Assembly (NCBI RefSeq): GCF_963921235.1
Contig: NC_086106.1
Span: forward strand, 24,242,001 to 24,306,000
Length of the DNA: 64,000 nucleotides
Direction of reading: 5' to 3'
DNA from: Mobula hypostoma
Lineage: Eukaryota
The notes under the pieces are model-generated. The model saw only the letters and a program-made list of their open reading frames with translations, made no database searches and was not told the DNA's origin. Shown in pieces: positions 50,557 to 62,510 of this stretch. Every line of letters starts with the position of its first letter. Positions within the stretch are counted from its first letter, which is position 1. The translations under genes were made by a program, and so were the position numbers.

Positions 50557-50935
50557 GGCCAAGTTCCTTCAACTTCCCTATCTGCCTATCTGCAGTAAGT
50601 GCAATATTTTCCAAAATAGATAACGTTTTTTTGGTCTTTTTCAGTTGCCTTACGAGCAGCGTGTCTGCTCAGGTGTACCAAAATATCAGGAAATAAAATA
50701 ACCAGCTCAAAACCACAATGAACCTTAGCATGCAACAAAGTCAATTATTAACAATTTTTCTTTGAAAATTGATTGCGACCGTAGTCGTCAGGTGACAGAG
50801 CATTCTACTGAAAATATCAGGTGAAGCAGAACACAATCAAGCGTCTATTGCTAACAACTAATTTAAATTGAACCACTTAAAGCAGCTGAAAGGTGCAAAA
50901 ATGTTAGCATTAAGAATATGTTATTGCACGAATCA
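50557..50935 (+). pseudogene. Decayed V pseudogene whose leader region is split by the 48990 solo LTR
   Basis: KFLQLPYLPIC-A|GTAAGT (donor 50595), acceptor TTTTCAG (50644), VSAQVYQ, TMNLS(C)N, TGA TTG CGA CCG TAG TCG TCA GGT (WYRQY..G-like) and ATA TGT TAT TGC ACG (YYC-like, about 50920). Confidence 0.5.
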
Positions 50936-51241
50936 ACACGTTTTCAAACATAGACATTTGATTGCTGATGTTGGAGCTCTATAAAAATATGGAAAACAAA
51001 AACACAAGAGGACATCCAAAGCTCATCAGGACGAGGAACCTGGAGGAAGGTGAAGTGAAAGAGTTCAGTCACATATTTTAAAGAAGTAATGTGAGAGGAC
51101 TATGATGAACACAGTCCTCAAATGACAAACAAGCAATTAATTGATGAAATGTCACAAGGCATTCTCTGTCCATATGTGAAGCTGGTCTAAAGGTACAGCC
51201 TAATACGTCACGTTCTGTGTGACATAAACTATTAGGACATC

Positions 51242-51780
51242 CAGTAGCATGCAAAAGTTTGGCACACCGGGTCAAAATTTCTGTTACTGTGAACAACAAG
51301 TAAAAGATGATACATTCCTTTAATATATTAAGCAAGATTACGTATTTTTATTTCCATCTTTTACAGTTTCAAAATAACAAAAAGGAAAAGGGCCGAAGCA
51401 AATGTTTGGGCACCCTGAATTGCCAGTACTTACTGACACCCCCTTTGGCAAGGAGCACAGCTTGTTAATACGTTCTGTAGCCAGCTAAGAGTCGTCCAAT
51501 TCTTGTTTGGGGATTTTCGGCCATTCTTCCTTGCAAAAGGCTTCTATTTTGTGAGATTCTAGGGCAGTCCTGAATGCGCTGCTCCTTTGAGGTCCATCCA
51601 CAGATATTCGATGAGGTTTAGGTCGAGGGATTGTGAAAACCATGCCAAAATCTTCAGCTTGTGCCTCCTAAGGTAGTCCATTGTGGAATTTGAGGTATGT
51701 TCAGGATCATTATCCTGTTGCAGAAGCCATCCTCTTTTCAACTTCATTTTTTTTTTAACAGACAGTGTGAAGTTTGTTTC
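51242..51780 (-). mobile_element. Tc1-like transposon 3' end with TIR
   Basis: TIR-like CAGTAGCATGCAAAAGTTTGGCACACC at 51242. Minus ORF MKLKRGWLLQQDNDPEHTSNSTMDYL..LAWFSQSLDLNLIEYLW. Confidence 0.88.
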
Positions 51781-52760
51781 TATAAACAACACACATCAAA
51801 GTTGCTGGTGAACGCAGCAGGTCAGGTAGCATCTCTAGGAAGAGGTACAGTCGACGTTTCAGGCAGAGACCCTTCGTCAAGACAAACTGAAGGATGAGCT
51901 AGTAAGAGAATTGAAAGTGGGAGGTGGAGGGGGAGATCCAAAATGATATGAGAAGACAGGAGAGGGAGGGATGGAGCCAAGAGCGGGACAAGTGATTGGC
52001 AAAGGGGATATGAGCGGATCATGGGACAGGATGTCCGGGGAGAAAGACGGGCGGGTGGGGGGGGGGGAAACCCACAGGATGGGCAAGGGGTATAGTCAGA
52101 GGGACAGAGGGAGAAAAAGGAGAGTGAGATAAATAATGTGTGCATAAAAAAAATAAACAACGGATGGGGTACAGTGGGAGGGGGGGGGAGCGGAAGCCAG
52201 AGAAGTCGATGTTCATGCCATCAGGCTGGAGGCTCCCCAAACGGAATATAAGGTGTTGTTCCTCCAACCTGAGTGTGGCTTCATCTTTACTGTAGAGGAG
52301 GCCGTGGATAGACATGTTAGAATGGGAATCTGATGTGGAATTAAAATGTGTTGCCACTGGGAGATCCTGCTTTCTCTGGCGGACAGAGCGCTGGTGTTCA
52401 GCAAAGCGGTCTCCCAGTCTGCCGCGGGTCTCCTCAACATATAGAAGGCCACATTGGGAGCACCGGTCGCAGTATATCACCCCAGCCGACTCACAGGTGA
52501 AGTTACTCCTCACCTGGAAGGACTGTCTGTGGCCCTGCATTGTGGTAAGGGAGGAAGTGTAAGGGCATGTGTAGCACTTGTTCCGCTTACAAGGATAAGT
52601 GCCAGAACGGAGATCAGTGGGGAGAGATGGGGGTGGGGGGCGAATGGACAAGAGAGTCGCGCAGGGAGCGATCCCTGCGGAAAGCAGAGAGAGGTGGGGA
52701 GGGAAAAAGAAAAAAAAATACTTATCCTTGTTATTAGGACATGAATGACGATCTCGTGTA
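51781..52760 (-). mobile_element. Penelope-like element 3' part with near-complete GIY-YIG endonuclease
   Basis: ORF 52019-52771: PCKRNKCYTC..FTCESAGVIYCDRCSQCGLLYVEETRGRLGDRFAEH..PVATHFN..LRLEEQHLIFRLGSLQPDGMN. The CCHH linker plus GIY-YIG layout is typical of Penelope elements. Confidence 0.92.
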
Positions 52761-53139
52761 AATGTGCTCATTTACAGAGGATGAATCAGAGGATGAAAGC
52801 CAGATGTAAGTTTACCATACTTAAATAGTATTTTCTCATCTTCATTGACAAAACAAGTTTGAAGATATGTGGACGAAACGTAGCCAAGTGGGATAGACGA
52901 GGCAGTTGCATACTTCAACAAGTAAAGTTTAGCAGAAGAGTCAATTTTCGGGATGCACACCGTTTCGTCTCTGTATGTATCGCATCGTTAGTAGTTGTCA
53001 ACATATTTTTGGTTCTTTCTGGTAACCGACTCATTGACCAGTGTCTAGGAACGAATGATAATTATTTAGACTATGTCATGTATTTTGTCATACATTAGTA
53101 GATTCACTATTATTGACCACTGTGGCTCGGCAAGGTTTT

Positions 53140-53755
53140 TGTGCAGAATGCAAAAGTTTTAAGGCACCACGCAGAATATGCTGGATGAATTTAGCAGGGA
53201 ACGCAGCGCCTTTGGTGAAAAGGAAAACAACTACACTCGACTGTTTCACGCCGAGGCGCTTCGGTAGGACATGAGAAAGAAAAAACAAACAAAAAAAAAA
53301 CAAATGATGTTCAAATTTAAAAGGTGGAGAGGAGTGTAGAGAGCTACACAAGGTTATATGTGAAACCAGCAGGGGGAGTGATGAAGTAAAGAGCTGGGAA
53401 GAATGAGTAGTGAAAATATACGTGGCTGGTCTGGCAGACGGAGGTGATAGCAGGGGTGAGATAAGATGAGAGACCTAGAAGGGCTGGACAATGGTGGAGT
53501 AGGGGGTGAGTATTACCAGAAGTTCGACAATTCAAGTGTCATACTACGAAGATGGACGCTACCCAGACAGAATGTAAGGTGTTGTTACTCCAACCTGAGG
53601 GTAGCCTCATCGCCACAGTAGAGGAGGACATGGATTGACATATTGGAATGGGAATTGGACTGAAATTAATCTGTGTAGCAACTAGGAGATTCCGTTTCTT
53701 GTGGCCGACTGAGCCCAGGCTCGCAGCTGAACGGACTCCCAATCTACGTTGAGCA
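53140..53755 (-). mobile_element. Decayed Penelope-like fragment
   Basis: Same endonuclease-end text (..VATQINFS..MSSSTVAMRLPSGWSNNTL..) and terminal motif as the 52 kb copy. Confidence 0.75.
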
Positions 53756-55729
53756 TGTAGCAAAATTGTTCAAAATGGCAGCAAAACATCCACTGACTTA
53801 AATTGAATGGTTAAGGAACGGAACCATTCAAATTAACATTATTTGAAACGACATTCAAACTAGAATTGAAAAATAAAACGCAACAATGCAGAAACAGGCT
53901 AAGCAAGTTCATGTGAATCTGTGGATGGAAAATTACACCGAACAAATCTGATTGAAGAATCGTCCAATTTAGCCTCTTAGCTTTTTTCACCTTGTTTCAC
54001 ATGTCTGGGATAAACACAGGCCGTTGGGTAAGTTAAAAACAGATGCTCACATTTACCATCCCTTTTAAATACTTTATAGCTGACGGTTTTGTTTTGAGCA
54101 CTTCGGAACTAAGTTGGTCTTAGGCAGATATTGTATTCTGGTGGAAGAAAAACCGATAATTTTAACTCCAGTGAAACAAATAAAGCATTACTATTCATTG
54201 GTGAATAAATTGTAATGCAAATCATGTATCTGAATGAAAAGGCAAGATGATATTATGTATGTAAAATTAAGTGCATGGATATGTGGAATAAAAAAAAAGA
54301 ACTTATTTGCAATACCATCAGAGGGACATAGTGTCATTTACGCAGAAATCACAAGAGAAATAAACATACATTAACAATTTTTAAATAAAGAGCACGTGGA
54401 GAAAAAAATCTCAGCAACTATGTTTCATCGCAAAGTGATGGCAGTGAAACAGTGCCGCTACACTGTCGTAGTTAGTATATTGTGACTTGGTTACTTAAAT
54501 AAATCCTTGAAAGAGTGTTGCTATTTTTTCAGACTGGTGTCGGGAATCCTGCTCTGAATAAACAACGCCATGGCGTAATGGAATGACTTCCATTATTTGA
54601 CTTTATTACTCTCAAAGTATTCAGCGACTTGGAGTATTTGACCACTAGCAGCTCTCCATCGAACATTATGGTCTCCAATTCTCCAATTATGAATGCAGCA
54701 CAGCGGAGGATTCACCCACAATATTGATTAGATACTTGTCAAAATCAAGTTCTAGGGACACAAAATGGCTGGTTTCCTCTTACTGGACACTATTTATTAT
54801 CCGACTCCTGTGAATATCTATTTGGATGGTGATGCTGCTTGATTGTGAGTGGTGGACTCAGCTGGTTAGTAAATGTAGCGATGGCATTTCTGCTCTGACT
54901 GGTTACTACCGAGTGTGAATAATGACATACTGATGAAGTACAATTCGGAGGTATCCTGCTGCTTCTACTCTTCAAAGCATCACTCTTCGGTACTTATTTT
55001 CCTCCCAGTAAAATCAAGAAATTCTTATACCACCTGATGAGTCAACACTGTAGAACTACCCTGTCTATCGAATTTGTTTCGTTCTCTCATGGAAATAATT
55101 TGCTTTTAACATGAATTTACCCCAGACACTCTGAAGCATTTTCCGAAAGAGATTATACTTGCATGTGCTGATCATGGAGGTTCCGCCATTCCGTCTCTAA
55201 CGTATGCCGGAGAGACAAAATGAAAAGCTGTTACTTCAAATTGCACCTAGTGAACTAGACTGGGAGGCAGCAAGTTCATCGGCAATATGCCAAAGAAAAT
55301 ATGGAGTATATTTCATTTAAATGGGCTAAAGCAGAAAGGAAAGCAGATGTTACTTGAACACATTTCTATTCAACATACCAGAGCTTGGTGAAATTCGCCA
55401 GTTTGAACATCTTGAGACTAATACTGTGTCCATCTGTGCTCATTGAAATTAATGTCATTTAAATGTTCCTACAGAATTTTCTAACGCTCACCAGTTCCCA
55501 GGTGAAGCCGAGTGCGGCTCCAGACTGCTATTTGTAGTTTCCTTACGTATAGTCAATATAACTAACGTTGATTTTTGACTTTATTACTCAATCTGCGCAT
55601 TCTTCCAGTAGACTATACCAACGTGGATCTTCGGCTCCACATCAAACCCAACCTCAGAGCCTGCCTCCGACCCTTTTGTTCATCTTTTCTTCAAAACAAT
55701 GAAATGTTTTTGTTTGTTTTTTCTGAGAT

Positions 55730-55940
55730 TCCATATCAAGTCAGTGACTTCTGGATCCCGTTCCACGGGAACACAGTCGTGTAGTTATGTTGCTACCTGA
55801 TATGAAGGTTCATAAATCCTCTCCACAGATCGTTCAATACAAATTCATCTACAGAAAAGCCAAAGTTGCTAAAGCCCGGCTGAGAATTAATCGACGCTTT
55901 TCAATACAGGGCTCTGCACCCACAGACACACGCCATCAGA
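55730..55940 (+). pseudogene. Possible decayed V remnant
   Basis: IPYQ..HGNTVV*LC / TGA TAT (WY) / KSSPQIV / SIQGSAPTDT fragments appear in V order. CDR1 and YYC are missing. Confidence 0.33.
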
Positions 55941-56452
55941 AGCGCACAGATATCGCATTTGTAAAACACGTAGTGCTGCTAGCCGCTCATATGGAACAAC
56001 ATGCGTATTGGGGTGGGTACAGTAGAGAAAGTACACATTGTAGACTTTTCTTGAGGAATATACAATTTTATATTTCGTTCTCTCTGAGGTCATGCAGACG
56101 GTTCATATTTATTTTACATTCGAGAGAAAGCAGTGGTCCATGAACAGAATTTTCCCAGAGCCTCTGTTAAGTTTTCGGACTTGCATTATACTATAGGAAC
56201 CGAAGACATCCCATTCGGTTTCACTGCTTTGACGGAAGAAAAGGAAAAGGACTTATTCGGTTCCGATTGGCCCTTTTTGGTGTAATGACTTCACTATGTG
56301 TACCCGTCATCATTGGTTATTTGTTTAGTTGATGAATTGAAGCCGTAAACTTATTGGATAATTCATGCATTTTCGGGACTGACGCATTAGGGTTCTTTTC
56401 AAAACATATTCTCAGGGCCAAACCTACAATTTCTTATCCATCGTCAGTCGAT

Positions 56453-56945
56453 ATGTTCGCAGTCCCAGTCTACGCAGTTCTTACGGTGGCAGCTCTTTTA
56501 ACCAGTGAGTGTCTAAACGCGCTAAATACCAATTTCGTTATATTTTCTAGCCGATTAACATTTTGTTTTTATATATAGTATTACACTCATTCTTAACTAT
56601 AGCTTTAAACACGTCTCTGATTACTTGAATTACTGCAGGTGCCGGTGCCGCAAACACGGTCTATCAGGAGACTGATAACATACAGCGATTTGAAGGTGAC
56701 TCGGCGACAATTATTTGCAACTTTTCAACCGTTGATGATATGTATTCCTTACAACTTTACCGTCAGTATCAGGATATTGGGATCCAATTCTTAATACTCC
56801 ACCCATCTTATGGAACTACTTCCAAAGCAGGAGAAGTGAGTTCTCGGTTTTCCGCATCGCTCGACACATCAAAAAAGAAGGGAACATTTGCTGTGGACGG
56901 TTTAAAACTGTCTGACAGTGCGGTGTATTACTGCGCTTTGAAACA
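56453..56945 (+). CDS. Complete TCR alpha/delta-type V gene: leader exon 56453-56504, intron 56505-56638, V exon 56639-56945
   Basis: Leader MFAVPVYAVLTVAALLT, phase-1 GTGAGT donor and TTACTGCAG acceptor. Spliced product continues SAGAANTVYQETDNIQRFEGDSATIICNFSTVDDMYSLQLYRQYQDIGIQFLILHPSYGTTSKAGEVSSRFSASLDTSKKKGTFAVDGLKLSDSAVYYCALK. Cys23 and Cys104 are present; Trp41 is replaced by Leu. Confidence 0.95.
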
Positions 56946-56984
56946 CACGGCACCAACTACTGTCGGCGGCCTCATACAAAAACT
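56946..56984 (+). promoter_or_regulatory. 23-RSS
   Basis: CACGGCA, 23 nt, ACAAAAACT. The essential CAC and the nonamer A-tract are intact. Confidence 0.9.
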
Positions 56985-57899
56985 CCGAACGGTACGGAAA
57001 ACGAAAGCCACTGGAAGACCTAGGGTACAGTCACGTATTCACAGTGGTGGGGTGTATTATTGTAACAGGCACAGAAAATGCCAGCAGTAGCCATAAGAAA
57101 GAGGTTCTGGAAAACGCATTTTATCAGGTCTCCTAATAGCAGCACAGCTTGGATTTTTCTGTCTTAATATTTCATCATAATAGTTTGAAATCTTTTCAAC
57201 AGCGATTATGATTCCAGGTACAAACTGTAAATTAATATTTTTTCACAGATATGACAAAACCCAAACGAGAAAACCAAAAGTAATTGTAGAAAATGTTGGA
57301 AAACATCATCATGTCGTACATCATTTTCTGAGAGACATTTGAAAACAGAAGTAGTGGTGTGATATTCAACGCTTCAGAGTTGTCATTAAACAGTATCCAT
57401 TTGTGTATTAATATGTGTCGAATGTGTTATTTTTTTTTTCCTGAGGCGAAGTTGCTCTTTTGTATCTTCATATTGTTTTTTTTTTAACGGCAGAATGGAG
57501 GTATCTTACTTTTCGTATTTGAATTGTTTGCGGACGCCGACTAGTGAAGCTTCACCTAAATTATCTAATTACCTCCGATTAATCTATTAATTCTGGGGAT
57601 ACATTTGTGAGTCAAGAACAGGTAAAGATATGAAAGCTCAAAACGTTTTGAAAGGAAGCAATGGGTTACTGGGAATGTACAAGTAAAATATTAAATTAAT
57701 GACTTTCAAAGTATTAAGAATAGGAAAAAAATACAGGGTCAGGCACTAAAGTAATCACTGTGACATGAAGTGCACTCTCACGTGTTCAACATAGTACGTG
57801 GAAGTAGAAACATTACTAATATTTTAGTTAAACTATATTCTCCTATGTTTTAGAAACTTAGGGAAAGCAGCTCATACTGACTTGCTGCGGAAGTTTAGG

Positions 57900-57990
57900 A
57901 AGTTTATTTGCTAGGGTACTGATGCTGTGGGAGCCGTGTATTTTTGTATCAGGTTCGGAATCCGACAAATGCGAGCAGCAATACAGACCC
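57900..57990 (+). pseudogene. Possible V 3'-end remnant
   Basis: GGA GCC GTG TAT TTT TGT ATC AGG (AVYFCIR), with nonamer-like ACAGACCCT about 29 nt downstream. The heptamer is not recognisable. Confidence 0.3.
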
Positions 57991-58374
57991 TGACTTGCTA
58001 TGTTAATCATTTATTTGCTAACAGTAGGGAATCGATAAAACATAAATTTTCCTCAAATTACAGAAATTATATAGCTGACAATTCAACAAGAATACCAACA
58101 ATCGGCAAACATACTTAGCTAAAAGCACGGGGAGATCATACCCTCTTGCCATGTGCATCACATGGTTTAAACAAAGGGAGAGAGACAGAGCCTACCCCAT
58201 GCAATCTCTATATACTCAGGATATGTGAAACCTGTCAACAAGCAGTTACTCAATGGAAAAAAAAAAGCAGATGCAGTTTCCGAGCAAACCAATCACGATG
58301 AAGCGACCTAGGCCGGAAGGAAAAGTCACGCCCCCACATGCACACGACCCCTCGAAAGCTGCAAACGTGATCAA

Positions 58375-59480
58375 GTCAAGTCAAGTCACCTTTTATTGTC
58401 ATTTCGACCAGAACTGCCGGTAGATTACACAGTAAAAACGAGACAAATATTTTCAGGCCAAAGGTACTACAAAACGATACAAAAACTACAGGAAACTATG
58501 TAAACCAGCACAAAACTACACTCGACTACAGACCTACCCAGGATTGCATGAATTACACAATACAGTGCAGACATTACACTAAAGAAAGAAGACGATATGC
58601 AAAGTACAGGGCATTAGGTTGCTGTCAGTCCAGGTTGTGGGTATTGATGGATTAGGGAAGAAATGCAACATAGTACGGTCGTGAGAGCCAGGATACTGCG
58701 GTGACTTTTGTCAGATGGCAGGAGGGCGAAGAGTTTGTATGAAAGGTGCGTGGGGTCCTTCATAATGCTGTTTGCTTTACGGGTGCAGCGTGTGGTGTAA
58801 ATGTCTGTAATCGCCGGAAGAGAGAGCCGATGATTTTCTCAGATGAACTCAATATCCGCTGCAGGGTTTTGCGATCCGAGATAGTGCAAATTCCGAACTA
58901 TTGAAGCAGCTGTTCAGGATGCTCTCAATACAACTTCTGCAGAATGTGATGAGGATGATGGGGGTTGGGTTGCGGTGGTCGGAGATGGATTTTCCTCAGC
59001 CTTCGCAGAAGGTAGAGACGCTGATGGGTTTTCTTTGCTATGGAGCTGGTGTTGAGGGACCAGGTGAGATTCTCCGCCTGTTCAACACAAAAAAAAAATG
59101 GTGCTCTTAACGAGCTCTACGGAGGAGTCGTGGATATTCAGCGGAGAGTGGTCGTTTAGTGTCATCCTGATTTCAACAAACATCTATTTTGTTTTGTTCA
59201 CATTCAGAGACAGGTTGTTGGCTCTGCGCCAGTCCGTTAGCCGCTGCACATCCTCTCTGTATGCTGACTCATGGCTCTTGCTGATGAGACCCACCACCGT
59301 CGTATCATCGGCAACATGATAGTATGGTCCGAGCTGTGTGTTGCAGCACAGTCGTGGGTCAGCAGAGTGAACAGCAGTGAACTGAGCACACAGCCCTGGT
59401 GGGGGTGGGGGTGGGGTGGGGAGCTATGCCCAGTGTCATGGTGTTGGAGATGCTGCTTCCAATCCGGACTTCCAACCATA
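58375..59480 (-). mobile_element. Rex1/Babar-like LINE 3' fragment
   Basis: QGCVLSSLLFTLLTHDCAATHSSDHTI..DDTTVVGLIS-like RT motifs. (TGACT)n-type tail seen as TCAAGTCAAGTCAAGTCA at about 58371-58388. Confidence 0.8.
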
Positions 59481-59749
59481 CAATATTCAGACTAGGATGA
59501 CTCTCGGGACTTTGTTAAGTTACATATATATCTCCAATACTGTAAACCCAGTAGTTACTACCCATGCACTATCGTAGTCCGCCAGTTTTCCTGTGCCCCC
59601 AAAAGTTCGCCCGCTACATCTTGGAATATAATAGCCGATGATCAGTTTCCTCCTCTTAATCTTATACACTAATTACAAATACGTGATTTTATACGATCCG
59701 TCAAATATGTAGGTATGGTATTGTTGATAAATCTGTATAAATACCACCT

Positions 59750-60313
59750 TCCGTTGGCAGCAGATAATCTAAGGTCTCCAGAATCACTTCCCGAAAAATT
59801 GCGGCAGAATGTTATTCAAAACTTTTCCCTTCTCTGTAATAGCGCGGTTACCGAGCAGCATACGCAAGAAGTGTAACCAGGGCACTGGTGAGGCATAGGT
59901 ACCTCATAACCCTGTTGAAACCATGGGTAGACAGAGGAACAGAGTGTGCACCTCAGCCTCCAACAAGTTACTAGTTTCACTCGACCATTTGCGATAGGCA
60001 CAATCGCCCCAGAGTACTATTCTTGCTCATACTTACCATCCACTTTGAGCCTGTATTTGTATTCAACATAGTATATGCACCAACAGTTTTTCAGCTGAGG
60101 AAATCATGTTATAAGTCAGGGCATTCCAATTAGATAAACGGCACATAGGAAAATCGGTGTCTTTAAAGCATTTACCCCACAAGGACGAGGAGTTCTCAAG
60201 TCTTTCCAAATGTTACTGAACTCTGTGGAACATGGCTGGAATAGATTACTCCCTCCAAACTTACCCAGAAGAGAATGCCAAAACCTGAGAGCCAGATAAA
60301 ATACCCTTACAGT
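59750..60313 (-). pseudogene. Decayed V pseudogene: leader-like exon at about 60265-60313, V exon at about 60016-59750
   Basis: VFYLALRFWHSLL-G|GTAAGT (phase 1; ATG lost), (V)LWGDCAY (GDSVY-like), GRVKLVTC..SSVYPWFQQG, and AGT GAT TCT GGA GAC..TAT CTG (SDSG.YY-like). Confidence 0.45.
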
Positions 60314-61064
60314 ATTTTCTTCGTTCAACAGACCAATAGCAGTGGCATCCCTTCCGTAAAATAGTAAAGAGTCAGCATAGAATTTCAGTAGTCTGCCCCT
60401 TTCGTTTAATGTGTATGCTCAAACCCTATCCGTAGGACACTATTTGAGGATCTCCCAACACAGGTCAACACCTGCTAAGTTGTAATGCAGGGAGATACAA
60501 ATGCACTCGCTCGTGATTAGTCACAGGATTTTCAGAAAACACAGAAACAACGTAAATATTAGAATGGCTCCCGAAATGCCAATTCCCTCTAAAAGGTGAG
60601 CAGCTCATATCCAAAATAATGTTGGCCAAATTTCTACCAAATTTCCTCTCAAGTTTCACATGAAATGAGTCATCTTTAATACCAGCTGCAAGGGGAACAA
60701 GTAAGAAAGTAACTAATTAAGATACGTCAAACACGTAACAGATTAGGAAGCGAGAAATAAAGTAGCTGACCAAACGAAAACAAGAAACAAATTATCAAAT
60801 TAAACACAAGACACGAATCACAAAACCTGAAAGGTATTTTTCTTTAAAACTTCCTGTGGAACTGCTGAAACTTAAAACTCCGCAAATTTCTAACAGAGAA
60901 ACAAGAATTATCGGAGAACAATTGATAACGTAAACGCAACTAGACGGGCATAAACACATTTAAAGATTTTCTATAAGACCGCATGCACACACAACTGCAA
61001 ACTGACGTGTGTGATTACACTTTACATTTATACGCATCATAATTATTCACACTTTATTTACAGG

Positions 61065-61260
61065 GGAGAAGGAAGCAGTTCAGACAAACCCTTCCCTGCT
61101 ACAATAATGACCTAATCACTCCTGAATCCTAGTGTTTTTGATGGTTATCGGATAACAGTTGTTTAGAACACAAAATAGAATGCGAAGAATCTAGCAGAGG
61201 ACAAATGAATCCTTATCTGCAGAGGACTTGAAGAAAGACACATACCCCTTAAAAGTTTGT
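61065..61260 (+). pseudogene. Possible highly decayed V remnant
   Basis: TTACAG|(G)EKEAVQTNPSLL, TGG TTAT CGG (WYR-like) and LSAED. There is no YYC or RSS. Confidence 0.28.
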
Positions 61261-61958
61261 TATTGTTACTTGCTGACAGCATTTCCATCACATTGCATAG
61301 AGGATATAGGTCGGGTACGCATTTAGCTGCTCCAGCGAACCTAGCTTTTAGCAAAGATGTCAATATATTTTACAGTACCTATTTCACAGGTCTGTTCCTG
61401 TGCTGCACTTTTTTTCTATGTTTCTATGGTTTCTATCCGGAATCCGTTTGTAGCAAGTGATACAAGAGATGCTTACTGCGAATGAAAAATAAGAAAAGCA
61501 GCTGCGGTTTCTAAATCAATCTCGGCAAAGCAACAGTCAGTTCTTCATAATAACTAAATGTATATCTCTCAGAGACGACGCACATCTGTTATGTCCAGTG
61601 ACATATCACTCTTTGCCGACAAATTCCACCCTCATCTCTTGTCGTCGCCTCCAACACCTTGAATACCTGTCTGTAGCCTTGTCATGTCCAGATAACACCA
61701 AATATGACAGTTGCCGAGCAGTTCATGCACAGCTTGTATGTGCTTTTATGCAATTCTTGATATGGTTGTTCACTCGACCACGCCCACGCAGGTGAATGAG
61801 ATGTCTATGTCATGCACAGACATTGAATATGAACAGCCAATCCCTGAGCAGCGGTCAAATCTTCTGCTGAGCTGCGAGTCGTTCAAAAACTCTCATGTTT
61901 TGATTCAGAAAAATTCCTATGAGGCTGCCGATTACTCCAGAACACGGTAATTACAGGA

Positions 61959-62388
61959 ATGTTCTGTTCGGAGTGGCTGACTCTATTTCATCTTTGCCTG
62001 GCGCTGTTAATCTGTAAGTGTTGCACAATCACCAACGTCATTTCATCTACTTTTGTTTATTATCACATCACCTGATGCGTTTCGGTGTTTCATTTGCAGG
62101 CCGATGTTTCTCGGACCTCGTGCTACAGTCTCCGTCTGACATAACCGTTTTGAGCGGCGATTCCGTATTAGTTTAACTGCACCTATGGCACATCCAGCAT
62201 TTTTCCATGATGTGGTACCGACAGAAATCGGAACAGAGGACGGAGTACATAATAAAGCGTGGAATAACTGGGAGAGAAAACAGCGGTGGTTTAAATTTGA
62301 TCTTTCAACTGAGGGCAGTCGCGTCCAGTTTATTATCGAACGAATCGTGGACGGGGACACAGCCGTCTATTAATGCGCAATAGAGCCG
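61959..62388 (+). pseudogene. TCR V pseudogene with intact leader (61959-62013) and frameshifted V exon (62100-62388)
   Basis: MFCSEWLTLFHLCLALLI|GTAAGT and CATTTGCAG acceptor. Exon reads RCFSDLVLQSPSDITVLSGDSVL / FNCTYGTSSIF / WYRQKSEQRTEYIIKRG / FKFDLSTEGSRVQFIIERIVDGDTAVY*CAIEP. Confidence 0.93.
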
Positions 62389-62427
62389 CACAGTCCGAGA
62401 GAATGCGACAGTCCCCGCAGAAAAAAA
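62389..62427 (+). promoter_or_regulatory. 23-RSS
   Basis: CACAGTC, 23 nt, AGAAAAAAA. Confidence 0.85.
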
Positions 62428-62471
62428 ACATCTCTGCTATTTCAGCTGCATCCGTTTCCGACAACGTAGTA

Positions 62472-62510
62472 TGTTCATGTACGCGTCCAGCGGCACTTAT
62501 TCTGTCTGTT
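62472..62510 (-). promoter_or_regulatory. Degenerate 23-RSS of the minus-strand V
   Basis: Minus strand AACAGAC, exactly 23 nt, ACATGAACA. The first C of the heptamer is mutated. Confidence 0.6.
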
